DNA of 64,000 bases, from NCBI GenBank assembly GCA_002269645.1, contig NIVC01000507.1:434001-498000 (forward strand), read 5' to 3'. The notes below the pieces were generated by a model. It saw only the letters and a program-made list of their open reading frames with translations. It was not told the origin of the DNA and made no database searches. Source of the DNA: Macrostomum lignano (taxonomy: Eukaryota). Numbering within the stretch: the first letter of the stretch is position 1; each line of letters starts with the position of its first letter. The translations under genes were made by a program, and so were the position numbers. Below, piece by piece: positions 34,001 to 47,704 of the stretch.

Positions 34001-37000
34001 TTACATGACGCTTCTATGATTGTTTACATGACGCTTCTATGATTTTTACATGACGCTTCTATGATTTTTTACATGACGCTTCTATGATTGTTTACATGAC
34101 GCTTCTATGATTGTTTACATGACGCTTCTATGATTGTTTACATGACGCCTATACGATTTTTACATGACGCTTCTATGATTGTTACATGACGCTTCTATGA
34201 TTGTTTACATGACGCTTCTATGATTGTTTACATGACGCTTCTATGATTGTTTACATGACGCTTCTATGATTGTTTACATGACGCTTCTATGATTTTTTAC
34301 ATGACGCTTCTATGATTGTTTACATGACGCTTCTATGATTTTTTACATGACGCTTCTATGATTGTTTACATGACGCTTCTATGATTTTTTACATGACGCT
34401 TCTATGATTGTTTACATGACGCTTCTATGATTGTTTACATGACGCTTCTATGATTTTTTACATGACGCTTCTATGATTGTTTACATGACGCTTCTATGAT
34501 TGTTTACATGACGCTTCTATGATTTTTTACATGACGCTTCTATGATTTTTACATGACGCTTCTATGATTGTTTACATGACGCTTCTATGATTGTTTACAT
34601 GACGCTTCTATGATTGTTTACATGACGCTTCTATGATTTTTTACATGACGCTTCTATGATTGTTTACATGACGCTTCTATGATTTTTACATGACGCTTCT
34701 ATGATTGTTTACATGACGCTTCTATGATTTTTTACATGACGCTTCTATGATTGTTTACATGACGCTTCTATGATTGTTTACATGACGCTTCTATGATTGT
34801 TTACATGACGCTTCTATGATTTTTTACATGACGCTTCTATGATTGTTTACATGACGCTTCTATGATTTTTACATGACGCTTCTATGATTGTTTACATGAC
34901 GCTTCTATGATTTTTTACATGACGCTTCTATGATTGTTTACATGACGCTTCTATGATTGTTTACATGACGCTTCTATGATTTTTTACATGACGCTTCTAT
35001 GATTGTTTACATGACGCTTTATGATTTTTACATGACGCTTCTATGATTTTTACATGACGCTTCTACGATTTTTACATGACGCTTCTATGATTGTTTACAT
35101 GACGCTTCTATGATTTTTACATGACGCTTCTATGATTGTTTACATGACGCTTCTATGATTTTTTACATGACGCTTCTACGATTTTTTACATGACGCTTTA
35201 TGATTGTTTACATGACGCTTCTATGATTTTTTACATGACGCTTCTATGATTGTTTACATGACGCTTCTATGATTTTTACATGACGCTTCTATGATTGTTT
35301 ACATGACGCTTCTATGATTGTTTACATGACGCTTCTATGATTGTTTACATGACGCTTCTATGATTTTTTACATGACGCTTCTATGATTGTTTACATGACG
35401 CTTCTATGATTTTTTACATGACGCTTCTATGATTTTTTACATGACGCTTCTATGATTGTTTACATGACGCTTCTATGATTGTTTACATGACGCTTCTATG
35501 ATTGTTTACATGACGCTTCTACGATTTTTTACATGACGCTTCTATGATTGTTTACATGACGCTTCTATGATTGTTTACATGACGCTTCTATGATTGTTTA
35601 CATGACGCTTCTATGATTTTTTACATGACGCTTCTATGATTGTTTACATGACGCTTCTATGATTGTTTACATGACGCTTCTATGATTTGTTTACATGACG
35701 CTTCTATGATTTTTTACATGACGCTTCTATGATTGTTTACATGACGCTTCTATGATTGTTTACATGACGCTTCTATGATTTTTACATGACGCTTCTATGA
35801 TTGTTTACATGACGCTTCTATGATTTTTACATGACGCTTCTATGATTTTTACATGACGCTTCTACGATTTTTTACATGACGCTTCTATGATTTTTATATG
35901 ACGCTTCTATGATTGTTTACATGACGCTTCTATGATTGTTTACATGACGCTTCTATGATTTTTAATGACGCTTCTATGATTGTTTACATGACGCTTCTAT
36001 GATTGTTTACATGACGCTTCTATGATTGTTTACATGACGCTTCTATGATTTTTTACATGACGCTTCTATGATTTTTTACATGACGCTTCTATGATTGTTT
36101 ACATGACGCTTCTATGATTGTTTACATGACGCTTCTATGATTGTTTACATGACGCTTCTATGATTTTTTACATGACGCTTCTATGATTGTTTACATGACG
36201 CTTCTATGATTTTTTACATGACGCTTCTATGATTGTTTACATGACGCTTCTATGATTGTTTACATGACGCTTCTATGATTGTTTACATGACGCTTCTATG
36301 ATTGTTTACATGACGCTTCTATGATTGTTTACATGACGCTTCTATGATTTTTACATGACGCTTCTATGATTGTTTACATGACGCTTCTATGATTTTTTAC
36401 ATGACGCTTCTATGATTTTTACATGACGCTTCTATGATTGTTTACATGACGCTTCTATGATTGTTTACATGACGCTTCTATGATTTTTACATGACGCTTC
36501 TATGATTGTTTACATGACGCTTCTATGATTGTTTACATGACGCTTCTATGATTGTTTACATGACGCTTCTATGATTGTTTACATGACGCTTCTATGATTT
36601 TTTACATGACGCTTCTATGATTGTTTACATGACGCTTCTATGATTTTTTACATGACGCTTCTATGATTGTTTACATGACGCTTCTATGATTGTTTACATG
36701 ACGCTTCTATGATTTTTTACATGACGCTTCTATGATTGTTTACATGACGCTTCTATGATTTTTACATGACGCTTCTATGATTGTTTACATGACGCTTCTA
36801 TGATTTTTACATGACGCTTCTATGATTGTTTACATGACGCTTCTATGATTGTTTACATGACGCTTCTATGATTTTTTACATGACGCTTCTATGATTGTTT
36901 ACATGACGCTTCTATGATTTTTACATGACGCTTCTATGATTTTTACATGACGCTTCTATGATTTTTACATGACGCTTCTATGATTTTTACATGACGCTTC

Positions 37001-40000
37001 TATGATTTTTTACATGACGCTTCTATGATTTTTTACATGACGCTTCTATGATTTTTACATGACGCTTCTATGATTGTTTACATGACGCTTCTATGATTGT
37101 TTACATGACGCTTCTATGATTGTTTACATGACGCTTCTATGATTTTTACATGACGCTTCTATGATTGTTTACATGACGCTTCTATGATTGTTTACATGAC
37201 GCTTCTATGATTGTTTACATGACGCTTCTATGATTTTTACATGACGCTTCTATGATTGTTTACATGACGCTTCTATGATTGTTTACATGACGCTTCTATG
37301 ATTGTTTACATGACGCTTCTATGATTTTTACATGACGCTTCTATGATTGTTTACATGACGCTTCTATGATTGTTTACATGACGCTTCTATGATTTTTACA
37401 TGACGCTTCTATGATTGTTTACATGACGCTTCTATGATTTTTTACATGACGCTTCTATGATTTTTACATGACGCTTCTATGATTTTTACATGACGCTTCT
37501 ATGATTGTTTACATGACGCTTCTATGATTGTTTACATGACGCTTCTATGATTGTTTACATGACGCTTCTATGATTGTTTACATGACGCTTCTATGATTGT
37601 TTACATGACGCTTCTATGATTGTTTACATGACGCTTCTATGATTGTTTACATGACGCTTCTATGATTTTTACATGACGCTTCTATGATTTTTACATGACG
37701 CTTCTATGATTGTTTACATGACGCTTCTATGATTGTTTACATGACGCTTCTATGATTGTTTACATGACGCTTCTATGATTTTTACATGACGCTTCTATGA
37801 TTGTTTACATGACGCTTCTATGATTTTTACATGACGCTTCTATGATTGTTTACATGACGCTTCTATGATTGTTTACATGACGCTTCTATGATTGTTTACA
37901 TGACGCTTCTATGATTGTTTACATGACGCTTCTATGATTTTTACATGACGCTTCTATGATTTTTACATGACGCTTCTATGATTGTTTACATGACGCTTCT
38001 ATGATTTTTACATGACGCTTCTATGATTTTTACATGACGCTTCTATGATTGTTTACATGACGCTTCTATGATTTTTACATGACGCTTCTATGATTGTTTA
38101 CATGACGCTTCTATGATTGTTTACATGACGCTTCTATGATTTTTACATGACGCTTCTATGATTTTTACATGACGCTTCTATGATTGTTTACATGACGCTT
38201 CTATGATTGTTTACATGACGCTTCTATGATTGTTTACATGACGCTTCTATGATTTTTTACATGACGCTTCTATGATTGTTTACATGACGCTTCTATGATT
38301 TTTACATGACGCTTCTATGATTGTTTACATGACGCTTCTATGATTTTTACATGACGCTTCTATGATTGTTTACATGACGCTTCTATGATTGTTTACATGA
38401 CGCTTCTATGATTTTTACATGACGCTTCTATGATTTTTACATGACGCTTCTATGATTGTTTACATGACGCTTCTATGATTTTTACATGACGCTTCTATGA
38501 TTGTTTACATGACGCTTCTATGATTTTTACATGACGCTTCTATGATTTTTACATGACGCTTCTATGATTTTTACATGACGCTTCTATGATTTTTACATGA
38601 CGCTTCTATGATTGTTTACATGACGCTTCTATGATTTTTTACATGACGCTTCTATGATTTTTACATGACGCTTCTATGATTGTTTACATGACGCTTCTAT
38701 GATTGTTTACATGACGCTTCTATGATTGTTTACATGACGCTTCTATGATTTTTACATGACGCTTCTATGATTTTTACATGACGCTTCTATGATTTTTACA
38801 TGACGCTTCTATGATTTTTACATGACGCTTCTATGATTTTTACATGACGCTTCTATGATTTTTACATGACGCTTCTATGATTTTTACATGACGCTTCTAT
38901 GATTTTTACATGACGCTTCTATGATTTTTACATGACGCTTCTATGATTGTTTACATGACGCTTCTATGATTTTTACATGACGCTTCTATGATTTTTACAT
39001 GACGCTTCTATGATTTTTACATGACGCTTCTATGATTTTTACATGACGCTTCTATGATTTTTACATGACGCTTCTATGATTTTTACATGACGCTTCTATG
39101 ATTTTTACATGACGCTTCTATGATTTTTACATGACGCTTCTATGATTTTTACATGACGCTTCTATGATTTTTACATGACGCTTCTATGATTGTTTACATG
39201 ACGCTTCTATGATTGTTTACATGACGCTTCTATGATTGTTTACATGACGCTTCTATGATTGTTTACATGACGCTTCTATGATTGTTTACATGACGCTTCT
39301 ATGATTGTTTACATGACGCTTCTATGATTGTTTACATGACGCTTCTATGATTGTTTACATGACGCTTCTATGATTGTTTACATGACGCTTCTATGATTGT
39401 TTACATGACGCTTCTATGATTTTTACATGACGCTTCTATGATTTTTACATGACGCTTCTATGATTGTTTACATGACGCTTCTATGATTGTTTACATGACG
39501 CTTCTATGATTGTTTACATGACGCTTCTATGATTGTTTACATGACGCTTCTATGATTGTTTACATGACGCTTCTATGATTGTTTACATGACGCTTCTATG
39601 ATTGTTTACATGACGCTTCTATGATTGTTTACATGACGCTTCTATGATTGTTTACATGACGCTTCTATGATTGTTTACATGACGCTTCTATGATTTTTTA
39701 CATGACGCTTCTATGATTTTTACATGACGCTTCTATGATTGTTTACATGACGCTTCTATGATTGTTTACATGACGCTTCTATGATTGTTTACATGACGCT
39801 TCTATGATTTTTACATGACGCTTCTATGATTTTTACATGACGCTTCTATGATTTTTACATGACGCTTCTATGATTTTTTACATGACGCTTCTATGATTTT
39901 TACATGACGCTTCTATGATTTTTACATGACGCTTCTATGATTTTTACATGACGCTTCTATGATTGTTTACATGACGCTTCTATGATTGTTTACATGACGC

Positions 40001-40253
40001 TTCTATGATTGTTTACATGACGCTTCTATGATTGTTTACATGACGCTTCTATGATTTTTACATGACGCTTCTATGATTTTTTACATGACGCTTCTATGAT
40101 TTTTACATGACGCTTCTATGATTTTTACATGACGCTTCTATGATTGTTTACATGACGCTTCTATGATTTTTACATGACGCTTCTATGATTGTTTACATGA
40201 CGCTTTTATGATTGTTTACATGACGCTTCTACGATTTTTATATGACGCTTCTT
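31025..40253. repeat. 22-23-bp satellite (CATGACGCTTCTATGATTGTTTA)n, ~400 copies
   Basis: Uninterrupted array with G, T6 and T5 unit-end variants. The count is estimated from length. Confidence 0.98.
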
Positions 40254-41252
40254 TTTAAAAAGTCTTTTAGTTTTCCTGACGTTGAAAAGCTTTAATTAAA
40301 AAAATTATACTCAAATTCAAACCATCGAAAATTCAAACCATCGTCACTGCATTTAGCAGTTCAGTTTGTTCACCTTTAGGCTAGCTCTCATCGTTTTGAT
40401 AACATCAACTTTTGCACTTATATAACTCAACACTTTTAAATCCAAGCATAGAGTAAATCACACGAAGCAGTTATGACATAATCAGTTTCTCAGTCAGTCA
40501 GTATCAGTTAACAATATGGTTACGCAATTTAAATCAAGTCTGGTGCTACGCTTCCAAACTGCATTTTCAATTCAAGTCGGAGTTACAAATCAGTTATGAT
40601 GCAATCTATTTCAGAGTCAGAATTCAACCAGTCAGTTTTTCTCTAGCATTCTTACGCTCGTACAATGCATTTCAAGTCAAAAAGTTTGCTTGACCTTTGC
40701 AAAAAAGCATGTTTTTCGAATATTTAATGCCTTTAGCATCGAGCAATTTCTTAGCCACGATGCATGTACCGTCACGGGAAAATTTCTAATCGAACAGTGC
40801 AAGTTCGAACAAAATCGGTCCAGCCATTTTTTCTCTAATCTATCACATATATATATATAGACATCACATTTTTAGTATATAGGATTAATAGTATTGTATT
40901 GTCGTAGGGGATATTTCTGTCTGTTAAGATCCTACTGCTGTTACCAAGTTGTCGTAGAGCTATCTACTTCCTAGTTTATAATCACGCTGCTGAATCGAGT
41001 TGTTGTAATTTAGAATAGTTATTACTCCATAAAATTGCTTAATCAATTATTGTTTCTTAGAAAATATCAAGTCTAGAATTCTAATCTAAGGACTCCTTGA
41101 ATCTATGCAAGTCGCCCTGGTAGCAGTGTCGAGCGGCAAACACTGATCTACATGTAGTTATGAATTTCACCACTATTATTATTACTACTATTAATCCCCT
41201 ATATTTAGTTGCGGGCTCCCTGGGAAGGAGTTGCCCGACTCGTCGACCGTCT

Positions 41253-41500
41253 ATTTCTGGCTTCTCACAGCTTTCCTGGCCTCTTACGGCCTTTTCTGGC
41301 TTCTTACAGCTTTCCTGGCCTCTCACGGCTTTTTCTGGCTTCTTACAGCTTTCCTGGCGTCTTACGGCTTTTTCTGGCTTCTTACAGCTTCCCTGGCCTC
41401 TTACGGCCTTTTCTGGCTTCTTACAGCTTTCCTGGCCTCTCACGGCTATTTCTGGCTTCTCACAGCTTCTCTGGCCTCTTTCTGCTTTTCTTGCTTCTAA
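41253..41500. repeat. 39-bp tandem repeat, ~6 copies
   Basis: TTTCTGGCTTCTTACAGCTTTCCTGGCCTCTTACGGCCT; 13-aa periodicity in the ORF track. Confidence 0.9.
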
Positions 41501-44476
41501 CAGCTTTCTCTCCTGTCTTGCTTTCCAGTGACTAAGACAACACGTTTTGCTTTGCTTAACCGAATCAAGGAAACGGCGGGCGAAGTTTTAAAGCCCGAAA
41601 AACGCTTGTATTTATAGGTTTTTACTGGGGGGAGGACGGGTGCGCGGGACGTGTTTAAACAAAATATTACTTCATCAATTTAAACAAAATAATTCTTCTT
41701 CGCTATAACAAATGTTTCGTTTAAACAAAATAATTCGGTAACTAAGAAATTTGGCGTAAATTTGAAATGGTATAAGTATAAGAATATTGGACCTGCCTAA
41801 GTATGTGCATATTAAACACAAGGACCACTGTATATACATGTAGCTATATATACAGTGGTCCTTGATTGAACACAAGTGTTGAACACAGTATTGAACACAT
41901 TTCAGAAAATGATTTCTCCTCTGGCAGTAAAGCAAATATTAAGCATGCGACAAAAATTTATTGGATATACTTTAGCAGCCTCATAGCAACGGATCGTCTA
42001 ATCCGCAAATGTGTAGACTCATGCTAGTAGAAGCGGCCAAAAATTGTTTCGGACTCAGTGTAAGTTGAGTCTTTAATGCGTTTATTTTCTCCTAAATAGC
42101 TGGAAAATCTCTTTTGTGTCTTATTACGTTTTTCAGCTGGTTTGTTGTTCGCGAACTCTAGAATATTTTTGTTTAAACACATAGATTTCTTGGTTTAAAG
42201 GAAACTCCGTCCGTCGGCGATATTAATAAAAAAGTTGTTGACGACAACTAGCTCTAGCTTAGCTTAGGCCCTCGCCCCTAGCCAATGACAATCGAAAGCA
42301 CTACTCCATTACTCATCTGTTTTCAGGCGCGGTGGCAAAATATTGAAAGGGGCAACATAAGGTCAAACAGATATGTTTTTGATGGTGAAGCTCAAAGTCT
42401 GAACTCTGAATGGAGAGTGAGACTAAATTTGATGGTGAAGCCTAAATTCTGAACGGAGACTGAGAGTAGAGACTAAATGCTGTAATAATTATTAAAGTCA
42501 TTGAAATATTGTTACTTTTATCATTACTATTGTTAAGGCAGTGCCCCTACGCCCCACAACATATTTTAGGTAGGCCCCCTACGGCCCCTAGGTCTGTAGT
42601 GTAGGCAATTGCCTAGGGCCTACCCTACCCAGGCTCTGCAGCGAATGTAGTGTTTGCAATAGGCCTATTCTTGGTTTGTATTTAAGCACGAAAACGAAGT
42701 GTTGAATGTTTTTTCTTTTTAATTTTGTAGTTTACAAGGACATGATGAATTGTGTTTAGAGAAAGGAGAGAGAAAGTCTAAAGGAAGGAGATAGCAAAGA
42801 AGAAAGAAGAAAAAATCTACTTGATAGACTAGGCCTATAGACACAAAAAAATTGAATGCCAACATAGTAGGCCCTATTCAATGCCAGAGCCATAGCCACC
42901 AATGGTAACTAGTGATTTTAGTCTATGTAGTTTATGCCTAACATTCCTTTAAATTATATTCTATTTAGACGGCTTAGGCCTATTTTCTCTTGTCTATAAA
43001 AAAGATTTCACATAACTGCCTTTTTAAGATTCATAATTTTCTTATGGGTCTAATAATGTAATATAGTGCTAAGTAGCTCAATATGCAATAGCTATTATCT
43101 AACCCTTGTTCTTATTGGATTGGGATTTTGACCCACTCATTTCTTTGGAAGACCTGCATTTAAGACTAAGGTTTGTATATCCCATGGCCATAGGGCCTAT
43201 CTTTTATCTTTCTTTAGGCCTATCTTATTAATGAACTAGTGCTTAACACTGATTATTTTTACAAATAGTGTATTTTTTATATTTACTATTATATAGTTTT
43301 TAGTTATAATAAGGCCTAATTTTGCTATTTAGTTTAGGTAGGGCCAATATATATATTTACTATTAATTATTACTTTTGCATATTTAATGCATATTTAAAT
43401 TGTAGGTAGAATTTAATTTTTTTTCTCCTTTTTTCCCTATCTTATTGTCTCTTGCCACTCCCTGATTGGTTCAAGCTGTGCTATATATTTTGTATTTTTA
43501 TTAGTTAGGATAAATTGTTACCAATCATTAAGTTATCAAACCTCAATATATATTTATTATTATAATTAACCATCTGCACACTAGTGTGGCAGACAAGTGC
43601 AAGTGCACCTGAAGACAGCCGTTTAGGTGCCCTTGTGCTTATCTATTCATCACGTCGTGTCTATGCACCACCAACCTCGGAGATTAAGGGTAGGGGTTCA
43701 CCTACCCTAGGCCCTACCTGAGCTACATGGGGGTTGGGATTGACTGACTAACTAGCGCGTTGGCCTATTTAACCTGATTGTGCGCAGATGCTTGTAAGAA
43801 TTTTTTGCTCTCCGCAAATACAATTCCAAGTCTGCATGCAGTAGCTATTGCCCACTTCAACAGGGTCATTAAAATTTTAGCATGCTTAGTATGATTGTGT
43901 GAATGAAAATAGTTGACTAAAAATATTGGCATGCTTGGTATGAATTGGTAGCTTTGCTCATCTTTGATTCTGGCGTGCCTCTGCCACTTTCTTGAGCATG
44001 GCCTATATCTATAATTTTGTGAATAAAATTATGATTTAAAAAATCATTTTGACTTAATTTTGCTTTCTTTTCTACTATCAACTAGGCTTAAGAAAGTCTA
44101 TTAAGCCATAGATTAATAACCTAAAATTCAATAATTTTTAGATTTATAAGTACAGATACTTAAAATTGATTTTAATTTGTATTGGGCCTATTTTAGGCTT
44201 GTTTAGGCCTGCTTTGGGGATTTTGACCATTTTAATAATCTCAATTGATATCAAATTATGATAGTTTTTTATTTCTAATTTCAATGATATCTCTAAGTTC
44301 ATTGTGGGGTTCTAGGGTTTTTTACAGTTAAGTGGAGAATATCTGGGGTTTTTTAGAATTAAGGAAAGAATATCCTATCTTTATTATAAACTTACTTCAA
44401 TGACCATACATGCGCAACTTACTGTATGGTCATTAACTTACTGTCTCACTTGTCTTATCTACTGTCAGACAGTAGA

Positions 44477-44650
44477 TACATGCGCAACCTTGGGAATCAC
44501 CTGGCTGTTTCTATTGGCAACACACACACATGTAAGTCGCTGTTGGCTGAGAGCAGTCACGTGACTACTTTTCCATCCAATAGCGACTTACATGTGTGTG
44601 TTGCCAATAGAAATGGCTGAGTGAATCCCAAGGTTGCGCCTAATCATGTC
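44477..44650. mobile_element. Palindromic MITE (TACATGCGCAAC family), copy 1
   Basis: ~65-bp inverted arms GCGCAACCTTGGGA...GTCGCT / AGCGAC...TCCCAAGGTTGCGC. A second copy is at 52087. Confidence 0.8.
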
Positions 44651-47418
44651 AATGACATTGGTAGCAATTGGGTTATTCCACAAGAGGGTCCTATCATTTT
44701 TTTAAACTTTAACTTTTGAACCATAATAGATAGAACAAAGCTGCAAAAAGCAATATGTGTCAAACTTCTAGTTCTAAATTTTTACATAGCTGCTTTTGAA
44801 TTCTATAACAACTGAACATATAGTAGAACATAAACTATGAAATGGTTGTTTGGTAATAATAAAACCAAACATTTAGGCATTAATTTAATGCCTAAGCAGT
44901 AAGGTACTATTTCTAATTAAACTAGGCCTACTCAATTCCAGTCTTAATAGAGCCTTGTAATAGATCAAAATTGCATAAGAAATAGGGTACACTATATTTA
45001 AGGGAGAAATTTAGGTATAAGACCAAGATGGCTACAACATATCAACTCTTTTTCTACCATTAATTAGCAACTAAGTAGCTATTGTTATATTAATTATTAT
45101 ATAACATATTTTATCTATCATATAAGTACTAATAAATAATAAATCTAACTAATAGATTCAAAACTAATTACCCATAATACAAAAACTTTAATCTTTTTTA
45201 GTGTTTGTGCCAATTTATTCTCAGTCATTATATTTATCAAATCTATCACTATTAGTTTATCAAGATTCAAGAAACTATTTTGGTCATAGCTTTTGCTAGT
45301 GGTCATAGCTAATGCTATGCAAAGAATAGGATAAATATTAAATATGCAACAAGGTTTTTTACTAGGTGACTTGCTTAATTTGATGGATAAATATCTATAG
45401 GTCAGGCTACAATAAAAGCTAAAGCCAAAGAGAATGGTTATAATGTAATATAGTTCTATTATAGCATCCATCTCCTTAAGACTTACAGATCTACACTTAA
45501 TACAAACTACTATCAATAGAAAATAAGTGAAATATATAAACCTAGGCTTATCATTATCAATTTAAACATTTAGAGCTGTGGCCATCTTGGTGTGTAGCCA
45601 TCTTAGTTATGTGCCAAAATTTAATGCCTAATAAGGAATGCTCAAAAGAGCCTAAGAGGCAAGGAATTATTATTGGATAGGATATCTAATTAAAAGAATT
45701 GGCAACAGTACCCATAGTTAGAGATAGCCTTTTTCATGGAAAATTCCAGTGCAAAAAGACATTAAATATGTATTATGTTGACAAATTCTTCTATGCTAAT
45801 ACAAAAATTGGCAGGGTGGCAAATCTGGCATAGTATAAACAGAAAAGGCACAATTTGGCATAGGACAAAAACTTTTAGCTAGACAATATTTTTGCAAACA
45901 AAAATTAGCCACTTTTTTGTTCACTAGTGTATTGATAGCTTTTTTCAATTAAAATATTTTAACAGTATATTTCTATGAAACACATTCAAATACAAGTTTT
46001 ACCAATATTTTTTCAAATAGAAAATATAGATTTTTTTGTGTTTTTGGGCTTTTTTACTAAAAAAAAGTTCTAGCATATAATGCAAGCAAACTTATTTAAT
46101 AAGAATAGTTCTAATGCATTGTATGGCTTAATCAAACTTTTTGATAGGATTTTTTCTAGTGCAGCAGGCATACTATGATCTTGACTATGGGACAGTATGC
46201 CTAAGAGGCAAGAGGTGGGTCTAAAGAGATAGGCCAAAGCAAGATGCCTAATTGACAAAATGTCAAGGTAAGTAGCATGCCTATACTTAATACTCAGTAT
46301 GGTTGGAAAGTAGGGCAATATACCTATATAGGACTATATACCCTAGGAAAAAGGGGGGAGCAAGGCAATATCCCTAGAGAAAGAGAGATAGCAATATACC
46401 CCTATTGAACAGAACATTACTTGGAGAAGAAAGGCAGAACACCTTCAACTAACAAATAATAAATCAGTTTCTATTTTTTAAACCAAAATACTAAGCTCTC
46501 CAATAAAGGCAATGTTCAAAGGCAAGAGTGGAACAAGGTAGAGCAAGCAGGAAATTTGCTATATTTTTTTGTTTGTATTTATACTAGAAAAAATGGTGGT
46601 TTAGTTAAAACAAATTAGTATTAAAGTATGTTTGATATTGTAATAAAAGCATAAATACCAAGTTAGTTTATTAAAATGGGAATAAAAAAATGATTTATAT
46701 ATGAATTTTACAATTATCAAAACTATTCATAATTTATTCCATTTTATTTTTGTGCAAAAAAGGAATATCCTTATTAATACAAAGTATTTTACTTAAAATT
46801 TTAATTGAAAAACTAGTTCTATCTCTTTACCTATTTTTAAGTACTAAAGCTTATAATATTATTTAAGCTCTAGTCCTCTATCTCTTGATTTACTAGATTG
46901 GATTTAGATTGGAATTTTTAGTATATAGATTTGATTGTTCTCCTGGCTTTATCAAATGATATAATTTATCTCAACTCTAACATTAGCATTTTTATAAGCA
47001 TTGTTTATCAACTACTATCTCTTATTTATAAGTTTTGAATACTTTTTTATTGATTAAACATTATGTGCTTTCCTAGTCTTATAGGGTCCATCTATTTATT
47101 GTAACCTCCCTTGTCCATTAGTGCACACTAAGTAGATTTGATCCAACCTTCTTGCATGCAACATGCAAGACAAAAAATTCTTGCATACAGAGTCTATACT
47201 CAAGACTATGTCTGTATAGGCTTACACATTATAAAGTTGGGATAATGAAAGCTAAAGTTAAGATCAGACCTGTAATGTTTTCACTTTTAATGCAAAAGAT
47301 AATCAGGAACTTAAGCAACAAAGATATTCTATACTAGGCCTAGGCCATATATATTGTATAGTTGGGGTAATATAGGCTGAAGATAAATATAATCCATTTT
47401 TTTAAATAGACCATCTAA

Positions 47419-47704
47419 CATACATGCGCAATCCCCCTGATTTACACTGGCCATGCGACTTACTTTTTGACCAAAAATGCGACTTGTGAAAATGTGACCT
47501 GTGAAAAAACCCTAAAGCTAAATTAACGCAGTTTTGGGTAAACGGCAGGAGTAACTATGACTGTCTTATCAGGCCTAAATGCCTCAACATCTAATTAGTA
47601 CTACATCCGTATTCTTTGGGGTGTCATTTTTGCGACTTACCTCTGGTCCACCACAATTTACGGTGGCCAGATCAGACAGGTCGGCCAGCAGTTGCGCATG
47701 TATG
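47419..47704. mobile_element. hAT-type MITE, 286 bp
   Basis: Perfect 13-bp TIR CATACATGCGCAA / TTGCGCATGTATG and a perfect 8-bp TSD CCATCTAA on both sides. Confidence 0.9.

Larger units (their letters stand above)
29836..40884 (-). mobile_element. Non-autonomous Helitron (~11 kb) carrying a satellite array and a telomeric tract
   Basis: On the minus strand it starts A|TCCTATATACTAAAA (40884) and ends CCCCAACGGGG hairpin ...TTGCTAG|T (29836). It is inserted in an A|T site with no TSD. No Rep/helicase ORF. Confidence 0.78.

Noticed and set aside
31025-40253. CRISPR-like array in the large satellite or the 34-bp and 60-bp arrays
   Set aside because: Units are head-to-tail with no unique spacers, there are no cas genes, and the context is eukaryotic.
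45145-46318. ORFs 45145..45516 and 46070..46318
   Set aside because: They lie in degenerate AT-rich DNA with no motifs. Probably decayed repeat sequence.
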